The notes under the pieces are model-generated. The model did not search any database and was not told the origin of the DNA. It worked only from the letters and a program-made list of their open reading frames with translations. A stretch of DNA of 63,553 bases, the filler included, from Atractiella rhizophila (taxonomy: Eukaryota), in the NCBI GenBank assembly GCA_021432655.1. It is 3 parts of 3 records of this genome, joined end to end, with 100 filler letters (N's around TTAATTAATTAA, not from the genome) between each part and the next. Parts side by side here need not be neighbours in the genome. Positions count along the whole stretch, not along the records: positions 21,328 to 46,745 come from MU271774.1; 2 more parts are not named here. The stretch is one strand, 5' to 3'. Every line of letters begins with the position of its first letter. The stretch's first letter is position 1. The translations under genes and the position numbers were made by a program. Below, one piece after another: positions 24,536 through 37,819 of the stretch.

Positions 24536-26226
24536 ATGAAGGCCATCACTCTTCTCTCCGTTTTAGGCCAAGTCGCCTTGTTGACCCTCAACGCTAATGG
24601 TTCGCCCTTTCTCCTTTTTCATTGATCTTGTGAACTTATTTTGAGGTTCAAAGCTCATCCTGGAGAGGAGCACGAAGTGTTAACGCCTTACGAACTTGCG
24701 AAACGCTATGCGGCGAGAGACCTTAGGCACAACAAGGCGAAGAGATGCGCTCCGCACATTGCTAGGTTCGAGTCTGCGAGGAAGGCGAAACGGTCGCTGC
24801 AGTTGAAAAAGAGGCAGGACGTCGCTACTGCTACCGCTTCGGCAGTTACTCCTCATTATACTACGATCCAAAACAGTAAGTCTTTTCATTAGCTCCTTTT
24901 GCCCAAAATACTGAGGTAACATTCAGCCACTTGTGTCACCGCCCCTGAGGTCACAGAAGGTACGTAGCCAAATCATGCGTGGCTCCATGTTCAATTACCA
25001 TGCTTCAGGTCCATATTACGTGGGTATTGATTTTCTGTTTAATCAACTTGATTAATTGAAAGATAGGTNNNNNNNNNNNNNNNNNNNNNNNNNNNNNNNN
25101 NNNNNNTAAATTGAAAGATAGGTGAACAACGAGCTCATTCGTCAAGACATTCGGGACGAACAACCAGGTTTACCTCTAATTTTGGACCTTGGAATAATGT
25201 TTGTTTTTCTCCATTGTTGTACCAATCTCTGACCTTTGCCTAAAGGGATACGACAACTTGCTCTCCTTTGAGTGACGCTCTTGTGGAACTGTGGCACTGC
25301 AATACGGTAAGGCTACACATTTTAACATACAGAGCCTTGCTTACAGAGTCTCAAACAGACTGGATACTATGCAGGTTGGGTTCTACTCTTCATATTTTCT
25401 ACGCACTCACCATTTTCTCAGGCTTTACTGGACTCACCTCTACTACGCCCGGAGGCGACGACGGTGCTCCTGGAGATATTCCTGGAAATGGAACTGCCCC
25501 AGGGAACGGAACTGGACCACCTCCCGGAGGACCAGGTGGATCTCAAGCTATGACTGATCAGGAGACGTTCCTGCGTGGGGCTTGGGTCACTGGTGGCGGC
25601 GGAGTGGTTGAGATGACTTCCGTCTACCCTGGTTTGTCTTCGTATCTACTTCTACTTCCCATATTTACAAGGAATGTTTGCAGGCTACTACACTGGGAGG
25701 ACCGCGCACATCCATTTGATGGTTCACACCAACTATACTGTCAACTCTAATGGCACTATTTCTTCCCACGCTGGTGCGTCTTAGGAATCCCTTTTCCTGG
25801 AATTCTTGTTTACTCTTTGATGCAGGCACGCTTCTCCACATTGGTCAATTGTTCTTCGACGACGCTGTTAATGATCAAGTTTTCGCACTGTCACCATACA
25901 ACACCAGTCAGCAAAGCAGGACGCGCAACGACGAAGATGGTATTCTTTCGCAGCAGAACGTATGTCTCTTCCACAATCTCGTCTGGACCATCTCATATCA
26001 CATACAGAGTGATGGATATTCCGGATTTGTCTCCTTGGAACAAATCGATCCGAACTCCATTGAAGCTGGATTCTATGGATACCTGACCGTCGGTGTTGAC
26101 ACTTCAGCGGATCAGACAATTGCGTCGACTAATTATGCGTCTGGAATTCCTGAAGACCTCCTACTTTCTGCTTCAAGCGCTTGGAGCGAATTTCAAGAAA
26201 CTGCAGAGGCTTCTCCAACTGCCTGA
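24536..26226 (+). CDS. Secreted intradiol ring-cleavage dioxygenase-like protein, many short exons
   Basis: Signal-like N-terminus, CVTAPEVTEGPYY, RQDIRDEQPGLPL, VELWHCN, TFLRG, YPGYYTGRTAHIH, HIGQLFFD; TATA-like ATATAAG at ~24441. Confidence 0.9.
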
Positions 26227-26559
26227 GCTCGTTAAATTGATGTCCTTCGCCGCGCCAGAAGCTAAAATGGTGTCAGTACACATGATTTAACTTGCAACGA
26301 ATGTTCATATGAGATATCTGTTTATTATTTCTTTCGCTCTTGTGAAACTCCCAAAGTGGTAGGAGTACTTGGAACAAACGGGTTGAGTAACGACAGTCAT
26401 TGCAAGTTTTACTTGGACAGAACTATAGGAGGAATGCCAACGATAAGCAAGGTTCCACACAACAACAAATGCAAAAAGTGTCCACGAATGTCCACAAATG
26501 TCTTTGAAACGATGTTAAGAGGTTTCAAATGAACAGATAAGGAAGCATATAGTCGATTA

Positions 26560-28623
26560 CTATGCGAGCTGCCCTCCAAACTTGCCTTGCTTCGGTTCGC
26601 TCCTCCTCCTGATCCAGTACCACATTGTCAGCCCGCCTTTGTCCCCTTTTGACTCACTCCTCCTCCTACTCCAATAGGTCATAGTCAACCTGCTTACAGG
26701 GAGACGTCTCCATGCTTGTTCCATTGCCGAAACCAGGTTATAAATTGCCATTGTCCATCGGTAATCAGTGGGCAAAGGCAACTTTCTGGCCTCACAGTGT
26801 TTCTCAATCATGACTTTCGCCCTACAGTAGAACTCCGCAAGCCTTGCGGTCCTATTGAGGAAGGGGAAATGCTGATGTTGTTCGTCCAGCTTCCAATAGC
26901 AGGGAGGAATGCTACGTGGAGAAATTGCGAGATGGGCTTGCAGGACCTGCCAATCGAAGTCTCGGCGGGGAATGGGTAGGATGTAATTTGCACGCTCGTT
27001 CCAGGCGATCGGTGTTGCGAAAACTGATTCTGTCCAGTCAAGATCTTTAAGAGGAGAGGGAACCACGATAGAGAGATGAGGAGGTTTCTTGAGTTTGTAC
27101 AAAGCCGTGATTGGCTTGTAGAGGTTGTCCAGAGCTTGTTCTCCAGTGAAGTGATCAGTGGGGGGCGGAGAGTCAGTGTTTGAACCTGCTGGCGAAACTG
27201 CTTCCCTGCGACGGGAACGTTTCACAGCTTGTCCTTCTTCAGCACTGTCGTCCGATGAAATCTTCCGCTTGTTAGGTCGCACTACTGGCAGGACAGGTTC
27301 CTCAGATTTCCTAAGGCGTTTGGATATTTGATCGGAGTAGGAAGACAACACATTGACGAATTTTTTTCGTTTATTCGTTCGATCCGGAAGTTCTGTTTGC
27401 TGTTCGGTGGGTATTTCTTTTCTGGGCACAGACGACACCGGGGTCCGTGTTGATGCTGTAGGCTTTGGACGTTGCTGCATTATTTTTGGCTGTACTGGTG
27501 GAAAGGCAAAATCATCGAAGTCGACAGCGACAGTTTGGTCACCCCAAGATGGCTGGGCCACTTTGCAGGCGTCTTCTCCTAAAATTTCCGAAATTAAGTT
27601 AAAATATCCCAGTTTCATTAACCAGCCCCAATGTCTCGTTGCGAGTTGCTGCTGTGCCCAATCTTTCCTTTGTTTGTCGAACGACCGTTTAAGAAAGCTG
27701 GCTGAAAAAGCAGATGGGCGTTGAAGAAAAACGATGCGGAGACTGCGGTCGTTCAGCACGGCGTTGGTATTTATCAACATATCGTTGGCGGGTTTGGAGA
27801 TGTTGTCAAAGAGATGCGATTTTGCGTGCGAAAATTTGGACGAGATGATATTCAGCTTCGAGAAAGGAGCCTGCTCGAACTCGTGACGGAAAAATTCTTT
27901 CAAACCCCAAAAAAACACTGTCACAGTCTCGGACTGCTAACGATGCGGTTCCTTGAAGGGGCTCCCTGGCTAAATTTTGCACGAGAACATCAGTCGCTAC
28001 TGGACCGTCGATGCTGAGTTCGTGAAGGGTGAGAATTTGTGAGATGTTGTCGATGTTTATTGGGCGGGAAGATACTGCAGAGGGATCGTGAATGGCATTT
28101 AATGAAACAACACTTGGGTTGAGGAAGTAATGAAAGTTGAGAAAAGATTCAATCTGCGCCTGAGGGCGGAGAGATAGATTTTCGAGGGTGAGACTGGATG
28201 GCCAAACGGGAACATCGTCGATGTTGTTGCGAGACCAAGGGGCGTAGAACCTGGTGAGGAATTCGTCGATTTCGCCTTCCTTGACTGGGCCTGGGAGGTC
28301 CCCTTCTTCATACCCCACGATCGTCAAATCTACGAATTGTCGCAGTTGGTATGTTCCGTTCACCGTTCGTTCTACAAATAATCCCTTTACTACGGTTTAC
28401 CGACCTGGGCAATAAACTTACCGGGTTTAGTGACCCAGTCCATCACTTTGACACCTATCTTCACTGAGTCCTCTGTCCACCCTTGAGATGCAGTTAATTC
28501 TTGTATGCGCGCGACAATCTCCTTTACAGGATAGTTGATAGTGTCGAGGGTACCAAATGAGAGTGAAATGTGAGGATTGTTGTCAAAATGGCGAAGAATG
28601 TGTCTAAAAAATTCATAATTCAT
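26560..28623 (-). CDS. Uncharacterised lineage-specific protein, about 3 exons, with basic NLS-like stretches
   Basis: Consecutive long minus-strand ORFs (28390-28722, 27806-28363, 26560-27924) separated by intron-sized gaps; no recognised domain. Confidence 0.6.
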
Positions 28624-30354
28624 GATAACGATGGAAGTCGAAGTCGAACAAGGGATAACCTCAAAAATACGGTATGAAGTCGTCAAAAACAGGTAAATTT
28701 GGTGTTTGGGTATCAAAAGCAATCAAGAACCAGTCTTGGAGGGGAATGCGAAGTAATCGAAGCCTTTTATAGGTTTCGACGGTGGTGGTAGAACAAAGAA
28801 AGTTTGTGTTGTTTGCGTTACGGTCGGAGAAGTGACCGCAAGGGTGACTTGTGCATGAAGAATAAAGTAACAGCGAAAAGCTCGTGCGTAACACATATGG
28901 CTCTAAGGATGGATGTGAATACGCAGTATGCGTTAACATTGATCCAGGGAAGGAGCTGAGCGAACGTGTCTTTGTTCAGCCATGACTCACGATTTGCTCG
29001 CAGACTACAACTCGGATATCGACAGCTTGACAAATAGGTGAGTTTCATGTCACATATGATGAATAACGGGTGGGCCTTTTGCGGACGGCTAGCCTCCGAA
29101 AAATGCATAGAGGTACATCTTCGCTTGGGCAACTAACAAAAGAAGATTAATTCGACGAAACACAGGGACCGGCTTCATCTCAGTCCAGCATGAAAGCTGG
29201 TTATATCATTCTCGCGCGAAAGGGAGACAAAACAATCAAAATCCATGTTTTCTCCCATTTCTGACTTTTTTTGTTGAACGGACGACACAGTCCTTATTAC
29301 TATCGTACCCACTACGATTGTCTCGAATTTAGAAAATGCAGAGCACCCGGTTTTTTTTCCTTCTGTACTCAGACGTTGAATCTCAAAGTCAAAAAAGGAA
29401 GAGAAAGCACCAATCCCAACAGTGACGGAGTGCCGTAAGGAAGGATACTATGCCGTATGAGTGCATGTTGGTTAGCACAGCAGTTAATACAAAACGAAAG
29501 CAGAGAAGGGGTTGTGTCCCTGCTCTTCCTGAACTTGGGAGAGCGACGTGTCAATCCTTTTTGCATTGTTCATCCCAGATTCGACGTTTCGTTTTGCTCT
29601 GAGAGGGAAATGAGATTTTCACATTGTTTTGTACAGCAGCCTACAATTCAAGCAGTAGTCATTGTGGTTACTGTAACGGGAAAGGCTGAACAATGTGTGG
29701 AAAGTAGAAAGAAGGTGAGTGCCGCGCCGGGGAGATGAGTGGATATAGCTTTATACGAAGTATATTAAGGAGGATTATTCTTTCGCCTTCTAGTAACACT
29801 CAAGACAGTTGCGAAGGTAGATTGAGGAGTCAAAGGTTGTGGAACAAGCCAGCCTAGCCTGTATTCAACGTCAGGTCGCTGGCTTGTCTTTGTAACGATT
29901 CACAAACTGTCGAAATAAGCAATAGACAACGACCTCTGCATTGATTCAGAGCAGAGTCGTTGAGGCTGGGCGATGCAGTTCTAGTAACAACTGGAACTGG
30001 AGAAACGTAATTTCTGTTCGCGCACTTTCTTCTCTTTCGTTCCAGAGCCCGATACGATTGGATGTAAAAGTGCAGACTCGTTCTCAACCGACAACATTCT
30101 CATCTCGCTGAGACTACCGAATAGGGGTTAGAGACAAATCGAAGCGCACCCTCTTTGCAACGATTCGACATCCCGACAGCCTCACTACTAAGACTTTGCC
30201 AGCGCATTGACCTGAGTTCTTTGTCGTTGCTTGGGAAGGCTGGCGGAAGAAAGACAAGGTTAGCGTTCTTCAGTGCGCAGCATTGTTCATCTTGCCCACA
30301 AAGGATTAAATTCAGCGAAGAGACTCATCATTCAGCTGCCTGGAGAGATGTTTG

Positions 30355-33300
30355 ATGTCTAGTCCCAATATACTCTCCACTCGCAAGCCCGTCCCTTCTT
30401 ACCAGCATAATCCTCAGCATCCCGAGCATTCCCTCCAGCAGCCTCTCCAGAACCCAACATACCCAAGTCCAAGCCCCAACGGCCATCCAGGCGAGTACGT
30501 CGACTCCTGGCTCCGCTCGCTCTCCCATCCTATACTGCCTCAAATAAATACCTCCGTCTCTCATTCCAACGTCACTGCAGAAAGGGAGGGATTGGTCAAG
30601 AGCGGTAGTTTGAAGATCACGAGTGCAGTGGGAGAGATAGGGTATTGGGACGATTTTTCGGCACAAGGAGTGCCCACAGCACGCCAATCTAGTGGTATGT
30701 CCTTTCCGTGCTCTCTTACGTGTTGTGCGTCTAGCGAATGGATGGGGAGTGATTAAGTTTTCGTACGTGCTGCGTGTAGAAGTTGAACGTTCGGCACCAG
30801 AAGGAGGAAAACAACCAAATCACCATCACGTTGGAGGAGAGGACGAGTCTCCTGCCTCTCAACACTCCATCAGACATTCTAAAAAGTCATCCGACGCGCC
30901 ATCCGACTTTGTCCTATATCCTCGTTCCGCTAGCAACCCAAACGTCATCGTGCCATCCGACAACAATTTTGGTGATTCTAGACCTCGGAAGTTGTCAAAG
31001 ACGCGCAGAGAACCTCATATTCTGCCCTCCACGCGCCGAGACGCTTCAGCAGTGAAAGAGAAGGAGAAGGAGAAGAAGCCTGGGAAGAAAGGGAAGAAGA
31101 AGGTAGAGGAGGGAATTAGAACTCCGTCGGTTTATTCGTACGAAGGATACGACGCCGACGGCGGATTCGACGAGCCCTCGCTTTCTCCCACTTCTCCAGA
31201 GGCTGAACGATTCGCTCTCGGAAGAGGAGGAGGGATCACGAGTTTGCCAAACGAACATCTCTCCTCGAGCTTGGGGCACGGAGGATTGCAAGAGTTTGCA
31301 GCGAAAGAGCGCCAGAATAGAGACGAACAGTTCATCACCCCTCCGCCACAGACAGCTTTCCCCGTTACCCACCAGCTCCCACACCAACTGCCTCCTCAAC
31401 CACCTCGTCAGGCCTCCCCTCCGCAACCACCACCACCACAACCTGCAAACGTCTTCTCACCCTCCACATCCGCCTCTTCCCGGCTCCCCACCAACAGCAC
31501 CAACCTCGCTCGTGCACCTTCTCTGAGGAGATCGAGGAGCCGAACATCCTCTGCCCCATCTTCCATCTTCCTTCGCGGCCTCACGACAGGGAGGGAGAAC
31601 GACCCAGAGCTTCTAAGAGAGCTAGAACAGGCGCAGGAAGAGGATAGGGCTGATTTAGAAGAGAGCTTCAAGAAGGAAAGGGAGAGAAGGAACACTTTTA
31701 CCGCAGCTGGAGGTGTCGGACCAGGGCCGTTCTACCACAAAGAGTTTACTACGCTGAAGGGAAAGGAGAGGGAGAGAAGCAATACGAACCAGACAGCGGA
31801 AAGCTCTCAATCGGAAGGCGTATTCTTCACCCCTAACGAGCTGACGCAAACGCATTCTACTGTCGATTCCAATAACGAGGAACCGAGATCCATCTCCAAC
31901 ATAAACGCCACTTTCAATATTCAACCTTCCAAGATCCCGGTACCGCACAAGAAGAGGAGAAGCACCTACGTTGAACCGACTTCTATCGATATACCTGTCA
32001 TCCCACAGGCCCGACCAAACAAATTGCACAAGAAATCTCGCTCAAGAGATCATCTCCCCACGCCCGTCACCGCAACAACCAACCTCACTTCGAGCAACAA
32101 CAGAGATTCCACAGCTCTTCAATCCACCGTCAATCCCTTCCCAATAGATATCCAAGAGACGCCGGTGCTCTCATCACACCCTCTTCAAAATCAGAACCAG
32201 AACCAAGACAGAATGTCATACCAATTCAACCGCAACCGCGGCGACTCCGACACCGTCACAGGCGGCGGCTTGATGCATGCAAACCAATCCTCACTCGACA
32301 GATCGAATTCGGGTTCGAAGCAACTACCACCTCTGGGCGCGAAAGCAACGATTGGGATGACGCGGGGAAAGAATATCCAGCAGGCGCAAGCGAGTTGGGG
32401 CGTGTTGGGGAAGGGAGAAAAGGAACAAGAATATCAGACTTATCATGCAGGAAGCGAGGAGGAGCATGGATTTGCTGACCATGATATTGACGACGAGGAG
32501 AGCGAGGATGATCATGAACTTGAGGGACCGGATGGACCGACGGAGGCAGCTATGTATCAGAGAATGGTCCAGCAGGGTCAAGCGCCGGGAATGGGGATGG
32601 GCGTGGGGAGGATCGATGAGCAGACGGAGCCGTCGACTGTGGAGGGTGGAATGGGAGGTGGAGGTGGTGGTGGTGGTGGCAAGGGGAGAGGGTTGGCGAG
32701 TCCCTTCGATCTGAGACCTGGAGAAGATGAGCAGCATCAACACAAGCCAGCACCCCATCCTTACAACTTTGGAAATGGCAGTTACGACGAACAGCGACTT
32801 GTAAGTCGCAATCATCAACCCCATCAAGTCCCTGCTCCAGTCGTATACCGTCCTCAAACGGATCCCTTCCCCCCAGCCCGCTCGCCCGTACGCGCTCTTC
32901 CAGAACCACCTCGTTCATCCCAAGCATTCCCTTCACATCCAGATCCCGGACCTTCCAACGGTAACAATCTTAATAATTCCACGGGAAGACAGTCTCACCC
33001 TCCTCTGTCTGAACCACCGCGTCCTAGACGCCTCTCCGACGGTTCCGCTCCCCCTGGCGCCAATGTGGGCAAAGCCGCAGCTGCGTTCGGACCGGCTCAG
33101 CAAGGGAAGGAGTATAAAAAGGATATTTTGTTGAGACAGCTCTACGATAGAGCTAAATCAGAGGCGGAAGGGAGAATGGTGGAGAGACAGAAGAGGTATC
33201 TGTTAAAGAAGGAACTGGACGGTGCTCTCGCTGAGGTATACTTCCATCACCCCGGTACCAAGTGGAGATGTTGATGTTGCTTTTGCTGGATGGTAGATCG

Positions 33301-34644
33301 ACGCTTATGCTTCACAAGCGGATACGTACAAACAACAACTCTTCGATACCCAATCTGAGCTCAACCGCATAAAGGCGGAATCAAGTTCAGAAATCTCGGA
33401 ACTGAAATCAGAAGTGATGGAGCTGCAAGAAAAACTTCGACGAGCTGAACTGCTCCAAGACGACGAGGCGGAGGCGTACCTTGATCTCCTACAGAATGGT
33501 TCAACTACGGACCCCCGGCGAAGAGGGACGATGAGCAAGTTTAGAGAAGAGGGGTTGGAGGTGGAGCGCGAGCGCGAGCGCCGAAACTCATTGGGAACCA
33601 TCACCCTCGAAGGATCCGTGCCGCCTGCCGGAGAGCCAGGGAGCTTCGCTTACAATGCTCGACAGTATGCGGCAGAACGGAAGAAGGGCCTGTCGGAGGG
33701 ATATCGCGCAATCGAAGCTAATAAGGGGAGGATGGTTGTTCCTATTCCCGAAGTTCGAACTCCGGTCCCTGCAGGAACACCAGGCACCCTCGTCCCTGCG
33801 CCAGGCACGCCGAGCTATAATCAACAGAATCAAGCAGTCCATTATGCTCAGCAGCAACAGAAGCATGATTCAGTCCCTTCGCAAAGTTCGCTGGATTCGA
33901 CTCAGGTTACATTCCAACCTCAAGGCCCAATGAGGAAGTTGAGCAAGAATAAAAAGGACAAGAAGCAACCTCCGCTCTCTGGGACGGGGAAATCAGGTGG
34001 TTTCGGAAGCCTTTTTAGGAGACGATCGTCGAGCGGAGCTTCAAAGACTTCCTCGATGAGACAAAGTCTCTCGCCCAATCCAGAGGCTGTTCAAGCTGCG
34101 ATGAACGGAGCGACGACGAATGGAATTGCACCTGTTGCTTCCATACTCCAGCCCACCGGAATGGTGCGAGCAGCGAGTGGGATTGATGATAGTCAAGACG
34201 AGGGAATGCATAACGCTGAAGCGAGGATGTCTTCGCCTGTTACCCGTTTCCAGCAGACGACCCCGATGAAGGATACCACACCAGTCAAACCGCCTCCGAC
34301 ATCCTTTGCTACCCCTCCGAATTCTGATCCTCAACCTGGCACCGGACCGAAACGCAGGACTCATGGTTACGAAGGAGGACAATATGGAACGGTGCTGGCA
34401 GATAGCGGAGAAGGTATCACTTGGGGAGAACCGCCAGAAGAGCCGAGGACGCGTAAGGGGAGTGGAGGAAAGTTTGCGTCCCTCGTTTCTCGAGGTCCGT
34501 CTCTTGCCCACAATACGATTATTTTCCACAGTTAATGTGGAGTTTTCAGGTTTTAAATCTGCCTTCCCTGCTCACGATGGCCCAACCCGTGACTCTCGCT
34601 ATCCTCCCTTGAGCGGTGGGCGGAACACCGCCATGGACTTTTAG
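30355..34644 (+). CDS. Large low-complexity Pro/Ser-rich protein with a central coiled coil
   Basis: ORFs of 860 and 373 aa linked by GT-AG introns (~30695-30779, ~33237-33296, ~34495-34549). Confidence 0.8.
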
Positions 34645-35258
34645 GAATGAAAAGTCGGTAGGAGCCGACACGAAGTAACGCCGAGAGTGGCAGCGTACAC
34701 GAACTCATTCATGGACTGAAGGTTTTCACTTTCTCTTGTTGTGAAGATAACTAAGATTCCTCTTTATCCCATTAAGTAAGGGCTCTTTCGCTTTTGCTTC
34801 AAAATAGGTTTCATTGAAGAACATATCTTGTTCGTACTCATTTCTTATTCCCCATCCATAACATTTCTTACAGACTACCCTTACATCATTTTTGAGATGC
34901 CCAGTTCACATAACAGTTACGTTTTGCCTTGTTGCGATGTCTGTGTTTCGTGCTCGCGTGTCGGACTCCTAGTGAACGTTTGAATGTTCCGTCATATCGC
35001 AGCGTGCAATGATACAACGTATGAAATGAAATGACAATCTATCAATTGTTGCAGGACCTTTCTGTTGCTGACTCGCCTTACCACTATCGCAGCCTCTGTT
35101 TCTCCGCTGCCACGACCATAGAAACGCATCGGAGCAGGTGTACAGCTACAAGTTGGATTATTTGAAGCTTGAATAAAGACATTGTCCATTGGTACTACTT
35201 ACTGCAAAACTACATGATCATACTCATACTTGTTTGGACATTCCTTTGTTAGCCAGTC

Positions 35259-36635
35259 TCATTTCCCTTGAGAAATATTTAAAGACGAAAAATCAGGCAA
35301 TTCCACGCCTGCTTCCTCTTTCCTTGTCGTAAATTTGGAAAGAATTCCTTCAGGCAATCGGTCAGAGGCTCTTTCGACAGAGGTTGGATAGAGGGCAAGC
35401 TTTCCTTCGCTGAGGACCAAAGCGAAAACTTTGCCTTCCTCCTGTTTCTCCAAGACACTCCTCACTTTCTTAAGCAATTCCACCACTCTCCCGAATTGTT
35501 GATCAGCTTCACCCAGATAGTCAACATACTTGGCTGCGATGTCCCTAGCTCCGTACCTGCGAATGGAAGTGAAGTTGCCGTTGAAGTGCATACCTACGTG
35601 AAGGTTCGGGGTATCGGAAATGAGAAGCTGCAGCAGAAGTCTACGCCAGGCGTGATAACCGGGTTCTTTAGTCTTTGAAGTGATCTCGAGCACAGAAGTT
35701 TGAGGAACCAGGCGTCCTCCGTGGACTACTGTAAGGCCAAAAGTCTGCCTTGGCGCTTTAATCTGCACCTTTGCCGTGTCTTCTTTTTTGGCTGGATCTG
35801 CAAAGATGCAAGCGTCGAGTTTGCAGCCGAGGAGAAACTTCAAACCTCCAAGGTCCTACAGCTTGTAAGACTGGGATCGCAACAGATTCAAAAAAAGAGA
35901 CACACATAAGTAATGATTCTACTATGCGAGCTCTTGTGAAGTCTCTTGCCTTCGTCGACCACCGCGGCAGCAAAGTTGTCCCCATAGTTAAATGTCTCGT
36001 CCGATTTGTCCCTCACATTTTGCTCCTCCACTCGCGTAAGCATGACAGTCTTTCCAAGAAGTCGCACATCAATTCTGAACGGTGTCATATCTCTCGCCTG
36101 AATGAAGTTGTACAGCTTCTTGACATTGTTTCGATCTGTAATGACATCGACTTGCTCGTACGCAAAATTAGGATCAACTGCGTCGATAGCGGCAAAAAGC
36201 CCTGACGAGCGATGGATGCCCATTCTGGAGGTTAATTCTGCTTGTTGGTCCACAAAGGCATCTCCGGAGTCGTGTTCAATTTTTAGAGGCAAATTTGGTT
36301 CTTTCCACACTGGAGGGAGTCCTATGCATCGCTGTCAAATTGGCTTACTCTGCGCCACAAAATCATCTCTTACCAGGCACGCGAATCGTTCTCCCATCAA
36401 CCCAATCAAATGAAGAAAGGGCTCGCACGTTACGCGGTTTGCAGGGTGTTCCGTCGTAAAGACCTGGGGTATGTACTTCTATCTGCTTTGCTTTCTCAAA
36501 CCCTGACAGTAAACTTGCGGACGCCAACGGTTTTATTGTGACGGCGTCTCCGAATTGGGTTCCTCCTCTTCCTCTTCCTCTTCCTCGTCCACGACTTCCA
36601 CCGCCGTAACCTGAACCTCTGGTACTCCAAGACAT
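35259..36635 (-). CDS. RAI1/DXO-like fold protein (fungal family often auto-annotated 'geranylgeranyl pyrophosphate synthetase') with an N-terminal RGG tract
   Basis: SFDW..IRVPG.PPVW, DSGDAFVDQ, ITDRNNVKKL, FRIDV, YGDNF, HSRIITY.LGGLKFLL..KLDA, VLEITSK, QLLISDTP. Confidence 0.7.
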
Positions 36636-37819
36636 GATGATTGGCACTTGACATCTAGTAGGGTAAGAGCACCATGTTTTATGGATTCCTACCAACAGTC
36701 GCAAGCGACGAATCAGAAACTCAGTTTATGTCGCTGTCGATGCTCAACGCGTTCATCCCCGCTAACATTGGTATTAAATTGGTCTGTTGCGCATCAACGC
36801 ATCGACGCAATTCACCAACGCATCCAGACGTACGCAGTGTCAACTATCAACGACGCGTTCTCCATCATCTTATTGGACTGAGGTCCTCCGAATTGAGTAG
36901 CCCATCCGGAGTGATGGGGCATGTCTGACAGAACCTATGACCTTCTTGCTGCCCTGCGTCGATGGATTCGTCTGTGGCTAATGTGCAACTCTGATCGATA
37001 CTGGAGGTTGGCCCTCAGGCCTAAGGCATCGAGCTTCGCTGCACTCCATCTCGACTGTGCAAATGCTGAGTTTGAACATTTGGTCAGCGCGATAAATTCA
37101 ATGCGAAGCAGAAGGATGCATCGGCAACACACAACAAGTGCCAAAGGTCTTGCTCCATCAAGTCTCCAGACTCAAGGGTATGTTTGAGGATACCATTGGG
37201 TTGAACTGCATTGGGTTCACTCGGGTTTACATACGTCATGAACCAGTATGTCAATACGTAGAAAGCCATAACATTTCTCATCCTACATAGCCTGAATGAA
37301 GAGATCAACGCTGTTCAAATACTCACTCTTATCAAGCTTGGAGACTCTACTACATTTGTGTATCCTCACTTCCATAGCAATGTTACACAGTTTCGTTTCC
37401 AAAGTCCAAATCCAAATTATTGGACTGAAGAGACAAGCTTACAGCAGCACCCCTAAGTAAAGAATTCTGCATCCTTCTACCCAGCTACAATGCTTCAACA
37501 GAAGCCACTCCAACCTCCACGTATCTGCCCTGCTCGCCTCATGCTTCTCCTTCTCCAACAACACAAAATGACTGGCAGAATGCGAGCTAAAGTTGGGGCT
37601 CCCCGGCGCAGCAAGTTGACAAGCCCCTATTCTTCGATTGCCTTCCTTCTTTCTCTCAGGAACGACCACCACCTCTTCCATTCCTCTCCACTTTCCCAGC
37701 CAGCCACCACCCAAACAACCGATAACGATTTGAACGAAACATCTAACGACCTCAGCTTATCCAGCCATTTACGTACAACACACTCTTACAGAACATAACC
37801 AGATTATCGAACATCAAAC

